Below, in pieces: positions 1-9,500 of a stretch of DNA of 59,875 bases (position 1 is its first letter; each line of letters starts with the position of its first letter). A program made the position numbers and the translations under genes. The DNA is from a virus (Duplodnaviria; Caudoviricetes): the IMG/VR virus record IMGVR_UViG_3300023179_008242, positions 1-59,875 of that record; one strand, given 5' to 3'. The notes below the pieces were generated by a model. The model saw nothing but the letters and a program-made list of their open reading frames with translations, ran no database searches and had not been told where the DNA came from.

Positions 1-103
1 CTGGGGGTGGCCCTCCTCCTGGTGGTCCTGGGGGTGGCCCTCCTCCTGGCGGCCCCGAGGGCGGTCCAGCTTCGTTTACGAGGAATTGGTGAAATGTGAG
101 CAT
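1..103 (-). CDS. Pro/Gly-rich protein, N-terminal part only (runs off window start)
   Basis: Manual translation from ATG at 103: MLTFHQFLVNEAGPPSGPPGGGPPPGPPGGGPPP. Shares the F-x-x-F/W-L-x-E N-terminus; ATACATA 5 nt upstream. Not in ORF track. Confidence 0.65.
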   Translation of the reverse strand, partial: MLTFHQFLVNEAGPPSGPPGGGPPPGPPGGGPPP

Positions 104-151
104 CGTTTTATGTATCCAGGGTGATAGATAAATTCAGCAAGGAGGTCGATC

Positions 152-328
152 ATGAAGGACATGGACGCCAGAGATCTCATAATCATTATTGCCACCCTAT
201 TTGTCCCGCCTCTCGGTGTGGCCGTCAAAATAGGATTCGGAGCGCAATTCTGGATCAATCTGATTTTGACTCTGCTCGGGCATATTCCGGGTGTGATTCA
301 CGGACTATGGGTTGTTCTAAAAGACTAG
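152..328 (+). CDS. YqaE/Pmp3 family (UPF0057) small membrane protein, 58 aa
   Basis: Manual translation MKDMDARDLIIIIATLFVPPLGVAVKIGFGAQFWINLILTLLGHIPGVIHGLWVVLKD with Pmp3 signatures PPLGV, FWINLILTLLG, PGVIH; GGAGG RBS at 141-145; below ORF-track length cutoff. Confidence 0.9.
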   Translation: MKDMDARDLIIIIATLFVPPLGVAVKIGFGAQFWINLILTLLGHIPGVIHGLWVVLKD

Positions 329-912
329 AAACGAAGTTGTGGTATCTTGGATAGAATGAGGTTCCAGTTGGAGCGAACCCATGCGTGGAATTCCGACTCT
401 GCCCTCTTCGGGCCATTTTCGTCGGTTTTTCCTAGGGTCTGGAATTCGATCTCATGTGTCGCCTCGTGGACTATGGTGCTTGCTATCTCGACGACCGCCT
501 GAGGCGTGTCGCCCAGTTCGGCTACTATCCTTCGAACGTTGACGTGTATGACGTCGCTGGGGGCGATCTGCCTCTCGTCGATGTCCGGTATATACTGCTT
601 TATGACTACGTTGGCGAGCCTCTGGGTGTTTACGTTCGTCAGGGCGTCCTGTCCGAACTTGAACTTGATCTTGTTTGCGGCGGCGGGGCCGATGACCTTC
701 TTGTTCTCGCCGGAATTGTACAGGCCGTAGACCCCGGAGGACAAAGGGGCAACCGTGCTGATGTTCTTTAGCAGGCCTTTGTTGGTGGCCTTGCTGTACA
801 TCTGGACGAGTTTGATGGCGTATTTGGCCTTGTCGTACAGAGCGTCTATCTGGCTGTTGACTTCGTCCGTACCCACGGTGTTGGCCTCTAGCCACTTTTT
901 GAATTCTGCCAT
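325..912 (-). CDS. Putative zinc metallopeptidase-like protein (HExxH), probable internal virion protein
   Basis: TIVHEATHE followed by a downstream Glu (AESE); N-terminus MAEFKKWLE. Confidence 0.6.
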   Translation of the reverse strand: MAEFKKWLEANTVGTDEVNSQIDALYDKAKYAIKLVQMYSKATNKGLLKNISTVAPLSSGVYGLYNSGENKKVIGPAAANKIKFKFGQDALTNVNTQRLANVVIKQYIPDIDERQIAPSDVIHVNVRRIVAELGDTPQAVVEIASTIVHEATHEIEFQTLGKTDENGPKRAESEFHAWVRSNWNLILSKIPQLRF

Positions 913-942
913 TGTCTGGTATATATGTCTCGGAGGGAAACA

Positions 943-1137
943 ATGGATTTATTGTGGATTTCGCTTGCGGTTTTTCTGGCCTCGGTGGCGGCCATCGTGT
1001 GGCACAAAAGGCGTGCAAAAGATAGAGTCGAGGCGCAGTTTGTGGTGACCGGAACCCTGCTCGTGGTCTTCTATGCTATCTGCTTCCTTTCCGGGATTTG
1101 CAGCATTCTCAACTTTTTATTCAGATGGGTTCTGTGA
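943..1137 (+). CDS. Small two-TM membrane protein
   Basis: GGAGG at 932-936 before ATG 943; two hydrophobic segments separated by basic HKRRAK. Confidence 0.65.
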   Translation: MDLLWISLAVFLASVAAIVWHKRRAKDRVEAQFVVTGTLLVVFYAICFLSGICSILNFLFRWVL

Positions 1138-1883
1138 CGAATTTAATTTTGAGGGGACACGTACGCAGGTCTTTTCAGGACGACGGTCTGTACAGGCTGG
1201 TTCGGGGTATTTCCGAACGCGGACCTCTCAAGATTTTCATACACACCTGGGGTGCGGTCCAGAGCCGCGTCAGTTGGCGCACCATGCCGGATGATCCGAC
1301 GCCCGTGGACGACAGCATGGTGCGTCGCTATTTCCGCGACCTTTCTGGCAACATAGAGGCTCTTGCTGTGGAGCCGGAATCCAGCGTGCAGATCTCAGGG
1401 CGCAGGGAGGGGGTTGTCGCGATGTCGTGGAGTCCGATAGACGGATACAAACGGATGTTCTACGGAATGATGAGGGCGGCGGAAATGGCCAGGGCGAGGT
1501 GCGAGCCCGGGGACGTGGTCGTGCAGACGAGGCTGGACGTGCTCTCCAACTGGGCGAGCTTGAGTCACGAGAAAGTGTTAAATTTCCTGGATGATGTGCC
1601 CGAAGACTGGGAGAGGATCAGATTCCTGATCAGGCCGGCAGCTTCTAAAAAAGAATTAGAACTGAGATTCGACAGGTGGATGAGGTGGGGGGCAGAGTAC
1701 GAACCTCACTGGACGACGGGGGTCGACAACATGTACATGGCCACGGCCAAGGACATGTTGGACTTCACCAGACACATGTATACCAACCTCGACGCAATAA
1801 GCGACAAGTACAGGCATTTCATACACCAGGAGTGGATCAGCATGTTCGAGGCCTTCAACCCCGAGTGGGCGACACCCTGGTGA
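1134..1883 (+). CDS. Hypothetical protein, possibly glycosyltransferase-like
   Basis: GTGA overlap with upstream stop; L-R-G-x-x-R..F, IFIHTW and DVVVQTRLD motifs resemble phage GT-like proteins. Confidence 0.55.
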   Translation: MTNLILRGHVRRSFQDDGLYRLVRGISERGPLKIFIHTWGAVQSRVSWRTMPDDPTPVDDSMVRRYFRDLSGNIEALAVEPESSVQISGRREGVVAMSWSPIDGYKRMFYGMMRAAEMARARCEPGDVVVQTRLDVLSNWASLSHEKVLNFLDDVPEDWERIRFLIRPAASKKELELRFDRWMRWGAEYEPHWTTGVDNMYMATAKDMLDFTRHMYTNLDAISDKYRHFIHQEWISMFEAFNPEWATPW

Positions 1884-2934
1884 TTCTGTGCGTGACCTTG
1901 GGGTTTTCGATGAACGCCCCCGCGTACTCGCCGTCCCTCACCCTTTCCATGACGGTGGTGGGCTTGTTCTTGTCGTTCATGAGCATGAACCTATTGTCTG
2001 CGGAGTCCCAGTAGGTCTCGTTTTTGTTTTGGTATAGCCCAACCGTCTTGTCGTCCTCAAAAGTCATGACGCCGATGTGACTTTTTACGCCGTTTTCCTC
2101 CCTCCAAAAATCCCAAAATTCTTTTTGGGATTCGGGGGGAGGCGGACGTTTTCCCTTGCTTTCGAGCATCCTCCTCTTGAAAAGCTCGTAGCCGCTCCAC
2201 TTCTCCGTGACATAGTGTATGTGCGAAAACCTCCCGTTGGGAACGACGGCGCTGTACTCCTCAGACTTGCAGAATGGGCTCATGAAGAGGCACTCGACTA
2301 TCGGAACCTTCGACATCTTGGCCGCCACGTAGGGGACTTGGTCGCCGAATATGGGTCGGTACCTCGCGCAGTGGCCGTAGAACTCTCCGATGCGCTCCCA
2401 GCGCTTGATCCTCTCGACCGCCGGGGCGGAGAATATCGACGGCTCCCACGCGTGTATGAAGTACGGCGTGGTGTCGAACTTGTTGATGTCCTTCGTGCCG
2501 AAGAAGAAGTTCTTGACGTTCATTATCCTCATGATGTTCTGCTGCGACAGCTCCAGGTCGGTGTTCCTGCCGCCCATGAGCAGCATGCAGTCTCCGCTGT
2601 CGTAGTACTGGTCGAGGAGCTCCATCGTCTTGTCTATGTCGGTGCTGGAGTCGTCGTCCACCTGCATGAGCCAGCGGAAGTCGACGGGCTCGTCCTTGAT
2701 GAACTTCAGGAGCCTGCAGCTGAGGGGTGTGCCCGGGCAGTTGTACCAGCCGAAGGATTCGTCCAGGAAATCCGGCTTGGGTTCGTCCTCCACGAGGAAG
2801 ACTATCTTGAGTTTTATCCCCTCGTTCTGGGCCTTGTATCCGTAGCTGTCGACGAATTCCTTGAGCCTCTTCTTGTATTTTTCGTTCTTTGCGCAGGCCA
2901 AGACGCAAAGAACGATGTCGAATGGTGTTCCCAT
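1855..2934 (-). CDS. Glycosyltransferase-like protein (GT-A fold, GT31/fringe-like)
   Basis: FRWLMQVDDDS DxD motif; start taken at MGTPFDIVLCVLACAK because the longer track ORF overlaps the helicase. Confidence 0.6.
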   Translation of the reverse strand: MGTPFDIVLCVLACAKNEKYKKRLKEFVDSYGYKAQNEGIKLKIVFLVEDEPKPDFLDESFGWYNCPGTPLSCRLLKFIKDEPVDFRWLMQVDDDSSTDIDKTMELLDQYYDSGDCMLLMGGRNTDLELSQQNIMRIMNVKNFFFGTKDINKFDTTPYFIHAWEPSIFSAPAVERIKRWERIGEFYGHCARYRPIFGDQVPYVAAKMSKVPIVECLFMSPFCKSEEYSAVVPNGRFSHIHYVTEKWSGYELFKRRMLESKGKRPPPPESQKEFWDFWREENGVKSHIGVMTFEDDKTVGLYQNKNETYWDSADNRFMLMNDKNKPTTVMERVRDGEYAGAFIENPKVTHRITRVSPTRG

Positions 2935-3018
2935 GCAGTAATATAGGCCAGAAGCGGCCTGAAATGAGCAGGGTTCGCGGGAATTGTTGACGGATCGCCA
3001 CTTTGATAAGATTAGATC

Positions 3019-4428
3019 ATGGAAGGCACCGTACTCCGAATACAGAACTGCTACTCCTGGCTCTACTGCGACCGGATGGACATACTGTCCGTCCTGCACG
3101 AGAGCATGAGGTTCAAGGAGAGGGGCTACTTCCACAGCAGGCTCTACAAACAGAAACTCTGGGACGGATACACGGAGTTCTTCAGCAAGAAGACGGGCAG
3201 GTTCCTCACCGGCCTGCTCCCCGAGGTCAAGGCCGCTCTGAAGCACCTCGGGGTTGAGTACGAGACGCTGGACGAGCGTGGAGAGTTCGAGTTCGCCGTC
3301 CCAGAGATAGACGAGGGCTTCCTCGGTGGCGGGGTGAGGCTTCACGACTACCAGGTCGAACTAACCAACGCCCTGATCAGGAACAGGAGGGGCGTCATAT
3401 GTGCGCCGACTGCCGCGGGCAAGACTTTCGTGATGGTCTCCATCCTCAAGGCGCTGCCTAAGGGATGCCCCACCCTCGTCCTGGCCAACAAGAAGAGCCT
3501 CGTGGAGCAGAACTACGAGGAGATCGTGAAGTGGGGGTTCCAGAACGTCGGAAGGCTGTACGGGAAGTACCACGAACCCGGCGTCATCACGTGTGCCACC
3601 GTCCAGTCACTGCACAAGATGGAGCCCCTCCTCGACAAGATCAAGGCCCTCGTCGTGGACGAGATACACGAGAACATGAGCAAGGAACCCAAGAAGTACT
3701 TCAACAAGATGAAGGGGTGTTCCGTGCGGGCTGCGGTCAGCGCCACGCCGTTCAAGTTCGGAGGCAAGGACCAGTGCCAGAAGTGGCTCGTCAAGGGCTA
3801 CTTCGGCCCGGCGCTGAAGTCGAAGAGCGCGGGGGGCGTTCTCACCACCAAGCACCTGCAGGAACGGGGGACGCTCGCCAAGTCGATATGCACCTTCTAC
3901 CCGGTCAGGGAGCCCGACCTCAAGTACGAGGTCTACATGGACGCCGTGACCCGCGGAATCGCCGAGAACTGGCATTTCCACGAGATGGTCGTGAGGCTGG
4001 TCGGGGGGATGAGCGGCAGGACGCTGATACTGGTGGACAGGATCGCCCACGGCGACGCCCTGAACTCCCTGATGCCGGGTTCGCTGTGGGTCCAGGGGAA
4101 GGACGATCTGGGCACGAGGAAGATGGTCATCGACAAGCTCAAGAACTCGAAGGAGCGGGTCGTCGGGATCGCGACTCAGCAGATATTCAACGCGGGCATC
4201 AACGTCATGGTGCACAACGTGGTGAACGCCGCGGGGGGTCAGGCCGACCACCACATCATCCAGAGGGTTGGCCGAGGGCTCAGGACCGCCAGCGACAAGG
4301 AAATCCTGAACTACTACGACTTCGTCTTCGAGAACAACGAGTACCTCCTGCAGCACAGCAAAAAAAGGATAAAGATACTGACGAAGGAGGGCCACGAAAT
4401 CGTGGTCAAGGACCAAGTCGACTTCTAG
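3019..4428 (+). CDS. uvsW: UvsW-like superfamily 2 DNA helicase
   Basis: Q motif LHDYQ, Walker A APTAAGKT, DEIH, SAT, and QRVGRGLR (motif VI). Confidence 0.85.
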   Translation: MEGTVLRIQNCYSWLYCDRMDILSVLHESMRFKERGYFHSRLYKQKLWDGYTEFFSKKTGRFLTGLLPEVKAALKHLGVEYETLDERGEFEFAVPEIDEGFLGGGVRLHDYQVELTNALIRNRRGVICAPTAAGKTFVMVSILKALPKGCPTLVLANKKSLVEQNYEEIVKWGFQNVGRLYGKYHEPGVITCATVQSLHKMEPLLDKIKALVVDEIHENMSKEPKKYFNKMKGCSVRAAVSATPFKFGGKDQCQKWLVKGYFGPALKSKSAGGVLTTKHLQERGTLAKSICTFYPVREPDLKYEVYMDAVTRGIAENWHFHEMVVRLVGGMSGRTLILVDRIAHGDALNSLMPGSLWVQGKDDLGTRKMVIDKLKNSKERVVGIATQQIFNAGINVMVHNVVNAAGGQADHHIIQRVGRGLRTASDKEILNYYDFVFENNEYLLQHSKKRIKILTKEGHEIVVKDQVDF

Positions 4429-4885
4429 GTCCGAAGTGAGAGTCTGCGATCTTCTCGGCCTCGTCCGCCGAAAGCCCTTTGCCGACGAGGTGGCTCACCA
4501 TTGACCTCCTGTCCCGTGTGCGAGAAGGGGTCTGTCTCGCCATGGACATCCTGATGTCCGCATGCCTTGCCATGCTGTCGAACTCCGACTCGTACGCCCC
4601 CTCCGCAATCGAGGAATCCGAGACCATCTTCACGAGTCCTCCCACGGATATCCCGTCGTCTATAGCCTTCAGGACGGATGGCCTGGACGGCGAGGACTTG
4701 ACCGCCCCGAGGTTTTTGAGATTTCCTCTTATTTCGGCGGAAAAGTCCGTGGTTTTTCTGGAGAGCAGGTGCTCCTCCTCCTCTCTTCCGACCTCGGCCC
4801 CTCCCGATACGACGCCGACCACGGCCTTTTTCGCATCGGACGACTCCATCCACGCCCGAAATCCATGTTCAAACGGCTCTCGCAT
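4406..4885 (-). CDS. Hypothetical protein
   Basis: Starts MREPFEHGFRAWMES; divergent from the 4902 gene across an ATATATA element. Confidence 0.55.
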   Translation of the reverse strand: MREPFEHGFRAWMESSDAKKAVVGVVSGGAEVGREEEEHLLSRKTTDFSAEIRGNLKNLGAVKSSPSRPSVLKAIDDGISVGGLVKMVSDSSIAEGAYESEFDSMARHADIRMSMARQTPSRTRDRRSMVSHLVGKGLSADEAEKIADSHFGPRSRLGP

Positions 4886-4901
4886 GACATATATACGGTT
4901 C

Positions 4902-5705
4902 ATGACTACGTTTAGGCATTGGCTCCTCGGAGAGGGCCGCGACATATTCGGCTTCGAGTCGAGGCGAGGAAGCAGGCCAGAGGCATCGGCTCCCAAGGAC
5001 AAGCCCATAAAGGTCATCAACTCCGACCTCGTCATGGAGTTCATGATGTCCAGCAGCGTCGGCGGCACGGAGCCGGTTCTCGAGTTCTCCAACCAGGTCA
5101 AGTGGGGAGACCAGCCCGGCGCCATGATGATGACTATAAGCCCGCTTGGATCGTACAAAAGCATAGTCAGGAGGCTTCAGATCGACCTGGAGGGCCGGGA
5201 GGTCTGGGTGTGCAAGCGCATGTTCCTGTACAAGGACCTCGCGTACGCGAGCGAGCAGTTCGACGAACGGCTTGCGAGCCACATGTTCGAGCACATCGAC
5301 CTGATATCCAAGCAGGACATAGAGGCCCCTTCTCACGACTACAACGGCCTGAAGAAATTGGTGCTGAAGACGGCGAGGATGGCACAGAGGAAGGACGTCA
5401 TACCAGAGATATTCATCTTCAGGGGCGTTCGGGAGGTGGAGAAGGACAGGAACTACCTCATCGTTTTCGAACTCAGGGGGCAGGGCGTGGAGGCTCCGGG
5501 AAGCTCCAGGGTGGAGCAGTTCACCATAACGATGAGCTACAACCCCAAGACCGGAATGATCAGAAGCTTCGGAAACGACATTCAGTCGCCCGCAAAGGGC
5601 CACAGGTGGACGCCCCAGCCTTCGGAATGGGACGAATACTTCTCGTCGGGGCAGAAGGAGAGCGAGATAGCGGACTGCGTGGCGGCGGCCTTGAGTACCT
5701 ACTGA
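4902..5705 (+). CDS. Hypothetical protein (capsid-targeting-like N-terminus)
   Basis: Start MTTFRHWLLGE; GC3-rich coding bias; ATATATA 6 nt upstream. Confidence 0.75.
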   Translation: MTTFRHWLLGEGRDIFGFESRRGSRPEASAPKDKPIKVINSDLVMEFMMSSSVGGTEPVLEFSNQVKWGDQPGAMMMTISPLGSYKSIVRRLQIDLEGREVWVCKRMFLYKDLAYASEQFDERLASHMFEHIDLISKQDIEAPSHDYNGLKKLVLKTARMAQRKDVIPEIFIFRGVREVEKDRNYLIVFELRGQGVEAPGSSRVEQFTITMSYNPKTGMIRSFGNDIQSPAKGHRWTPQPSEWDEYFSSGQKESEIADCVAAALSTY

Positions 5706-5899
5706 TGGACAACAGAAAAATTAAGTTTCGTGAAATGGCCGGCACATTCGCAATAGTCGGGTGCGAAGACAACCCCAACTTCCAGGTTTGGGGGGCGAGG
5801 TCTGACCTGAAGTGTCGCAAGAAGAAGAAAAGCAAGATTCTCACGATGAGTTTCAAGGATTGGATCGAAATCGAAGGGAGGGGACATGGCAGACAATAA
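5705..5899 (+). CDS. Small basic hypothetical protein
   Basis: TGATG coupling; MDNRKIKFREMAG..., with an internal MSFKDWIEIE motif. Confidence 0.55.
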   Translation: MDNRKIKFREMAGTFAIVGCEDNPNFQVWGARSDLKCRKKKKSKILTMSFKDWIEIEGRGHGRQ

Positions 5900-6098
5900 G
5901 AGCAACCTGAAGGACGCCATAATGGACATAGCGAGGAGCCTAGAGACCGTGTTCAAGAAATATACCAGACAGACCAGAACGAAGGCGTGGGACAAGATAA
6001 CGTCCAGGGATGGAGAAAAAGACATGGAAAGGATACTGAGAGACCCAAGCCTGACCGTTTCGCCGTTCGGCAAGCTGGCGAACCAGAAGGATCGGTAG
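5886..6098 (+). CDS. Small hypothetical protein
   Basis: GGAGG RBS; 70 aa ORF in an operon-like run. Confidence 0.6.
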   Translation: MADNKSNLKDAIMDIARSLETVFKKYTRQTRTKAWDKITSRDGEKDMERILRDPSLTVSPFGKLANQKDR

Positions 6099-6124
6099 TC
6101 TACATTTTTACTGGGGAGGTCGAG

Positions 6125-6520
6125 ATGAAGTTTTCAGATTGGATGGAGCAAAGATCGAGGCGCGACGCCTGCTACCACAAGGTCAAGTCAAGGTACAACA
6201 AGTGGCCGAGCGCATACGCCTCAGGGGCGCTCGTGAAGTGCCGCAAGGTCGGGGCGGAAAATTGGGGCGAATCCGATGTGAATGAGTCCATATTCGGCCT
6301 GGAGAGGGAGAGGGGTCTCAAGGGGTGGTTCGACCGCAACCGAGGCAAGGGTTGGGTCGATTGCAAGGCAAGCAGAAAGGGAAAGATAGTCCCCTGCGGG
6401 AGGAAGAAGGCCGGACGCGGCGCCGAGCGCAAGTATCCGGCGTGCCGTCCAACCCTTGCGGCGTGCAACGCGAAAGGGAAGAAAAGGAAGAAAGATGGCA
6501 AGCCGATATCGTGGAAGTGA
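6125..6520 (+). CDS. Basic Cys-containing phage protein
   Basis: MKFSDWME start; DACYHKVKSRY..WPSAYASGALVKCRK and GWVDC..PCGR..YPACRP motifs resemble hypothetical proteins of aquatic T4-like phages (from memory). Confidence 0.75.
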   Translation: MKFSDWMEQRSRRDACYHKVKSRYNKWPSAYASGALVKCRKVGAENWGESDVNESIFGLERERGLKGWFDRNRGKGWVDCKASRKGKIVPCGRKKAGRGAERKYPACRPTLAACNAKGKKRKKDGKPISWK

Positions 6521-6524
6521 TGCC

Positions 6525-9500
6525 TCACGGGGCGCGGTTGCAATCGTCCTCTGACATGCCGAATGTGCCAAATCCATAGGGCGAGCACTCGCCGCCGATC
6601 TTCTCGAACCTTGTAAGGCACACTGATTCGCACTCGTCCTCGAGGTAGCCGTTCGTGCGGTGACCTATGAAGACACACCCTTCTTTTTCGTCGCATCCGT
6701 AACGAGGCAGGCAAGCGTCGGCCGTTCCCATGGCCTCACGCTTGTCTTTGTTTTCGAACCTGTATATGGGCGCGGCGCCAACATCGGAGTCGCACTTGTG
6801 GCCAACGGGGAAACATTGGTTGGTCACGTCGAATTCGGAAGTGCCGTTCACAGAATAGTATCCCGCAGGCCTTGGCCCGTGCATGTGGTCGCACTCCCAC
6901 ACCTGGACGCATTCGAAGCATTCGTGCGAGCCCTTTTTGCTCGGAAGCGGCCCCGCGAAGTGGTCGCATATGCACATTTCTCGACTGCCAGGATCGGACG
7001 GCACTCTCTTGAGCCTCAAGTCCGTGGAGCCGTCTTTTTTTGCGTACATCTGGAACACGTTTGGAGTTTTCCTGACCATCGGAGCGACGCACCCCCCGTC
7101 AGTGATCGTCCAGCCGTATGCGACTAGCGCGGCTCGGGCGGCCTCGGCAGCCGAGCCGCATGTGTACTTGCTGCCGCCGAAGTTCGGACTCAGGTCGGAC
7201 CTGTAGGCGGCCTTGGATGCGTTCCAGCCGACCAGCGTGGCGTCGTAGTTCGCGGTGGACAGACCCGTGGAGTCGCTCATGAATTCGTTGAGGCTAAAAC
7301 TTACGGAAAGGGACGAAAGGTTCCACGAGGCCATGTTGCAGTCGTAGGCGTCGGCGTCGAAGAACATCGCGCTCATGTTCAGAACAGAACCTGTGTCCCA
7401 TGAAGACAGGTCCGAGTTGAAGGACTGGCATTCGTAGAACATACCGGCCATGTTTGTTGCGGACGATGTGTTCCAAGAGGACAGGTCGGCATCGAACTGC
7501 TGGCACCCTCTGAACATGTTCTGCATGTTAGTCACGGAAGATACATCCCACATGGCGACCCTGTGGTCGTTGAAAGAGGCGCAAGAATGGAACATTTCGG
7601 AGCAGTTGGTGACCCCCGAAGGTAGTTGATCGGGAACTTCGGTCAGATTTATGCACCCTCTGAACGCCCGAAGCATGTTGGTTATTCCCAGGCTACCGAA
7701 TGAAAGACACCTTGTAAGTTTCAGCTTGTTGTTCTGTAGATGGTCGCCTGTTCCGTGATCCAGGCTGGTCATGGTTCCCGACACATGTACCGTGTAAACC
7801 CCCGGAGACGCGTAGGTGTGCGTCTTGAAGCCAGTTGTGGTGTAGTTGTTGAATGTCCCGTCGCCCCATTCCACCATGACGTCGACCGTTCCCGCAAGGG
7901 GCAAAGAAACAGTATTGTCGGATGGTTCGTTTGTTGTGTCGTAAACCAGCAACAGACCATAAGGATAACTTGAACTAGAACTTGAGCTGGAACTGGGGCT
8001 TAATTCGGAAATAGAAGACGATTCTTCGGTGCTAGATGATGCCTCTGTCGAACTGGACGAAGGCCCCGCCGTGCTGGAGGAAGCCTCTGTCGAACTAGAC
8101 GACGGTGCCGCTGTGCTGGAGGAAGCCTCTGTCGAACTGGACGAAGGCCCCGCCGTGCTGGAGGAAGCCTCTGTCGAACTGGAAGGCGGCGTGGCCGAAC
8201 TAGAAGACGAGGAGCCATCTGTGAATTCTATGGAACTTGACGATGAACTGCTTGGCGATGAACTGCTTGACGATTGAGGACAGGGCAACGACGGAGCGAC
8301 CCCGTTGTTCGGCGAGGGCTCAAATTCGCAGCTTTCTCCATTGAAGAAGAAGTACTTGACATCTTTGAGTACCGGGGATCCTTCCAAGCAAGTATCGCAC
8401 CATTCGTACTCCGCATAGAAGCCAAAACAAGACTGAACGACCCCTCCTCCTGTCTTCTTCGGCACCACATATCCGCATCGATCTTCAAATTCTGGAGCCG
8501 TGTTGTCGTCCGCTTGGTCGCAGCAGGTGGTGCTTGATGAGTCGCCTCCTCCGCCGCTGTCAGAGGACGAGCCTCCTCCCGTTCCCGAGCAGTCTCCCCA
8601 TATGAATTGCTGTTGCTGGTAGGAGCAGGCCGCCGGATTCCAGAAAGTCGACAAAATCAATCCGTACTGGGTTCCGTCTGGACATAGGAGCGGAACGGAG
8701 GAAGGGGGGAGCGGGGGCGGGTAGCACTGCTTGCACTGGCCTCCGAAGCAGGTCTGCTGGCCTTTGCACAAGGAGACGCACGAGGCTCCGTTGCACTGTT
8801 CGCACGGACCACAGGCGAAGGTGCAGGTGCCCGACACGCAAACCTCGCACGGACCGCAGGGCTTGGGGACGCATTCGTGGCCTCCATCTGTCGGAGAGCA
8901 CTGTTCGCAGGGGCTACAAAGGGGCACGCAATTCCCTGTTTCCGGGTCGCAGTTGAAGCAAGGGTCGCAGGTCTTGGTCGTCTTGCACTCCCCGCCCTCG
9001 CACGTCTGGCATTTGTTGCATGTTGTGGCACACTTGTTTTCTGGTCCGCCGCAGGTCTCGCATGGGCCGCATTGAACCGCAACGCACTCGTGGAAGACCC
9101 CGTCCGCCATGGAGCGAATCTCGTGCATCCTGTGGAGTTCGGAAAGCCTGTGGAGCGTGTCCGCGGAGCAGGTGGTTACCTCGCCTCCCAACGAAAAGAA
9201 TTTGGATGCCCCCACGGACAGGTCTTCCCACCTGTTGTTCCTTATCTCCGGTATGACGTCCAGGCTCTGGCCGTCCTTGAGCACGACTATGTTTCTTCTC
9301 TTCTCCGAGAAGTCTACCCCTGAAAAGGCGGACGCGTCGCCCGTCATCTCGGACATCGACGCCCGTAGCCTCTCCATGTTATCTGGTGATGTTCTGTAGA
9401 CGATGTCTATGTCGTTGAACGAGGACTGCATGCCGTGCATGTGTCGGGCGAAACTTCCTATGATCACATGCTCGACTCCGTGACTAGAAAGTATCCTCAT

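Noticed and set aside
8041-8183. CRISPR array (also considered for 30031-30160)
   Set aside because: In-frame coding tandem repeats with no unique spacers and no cas genes.
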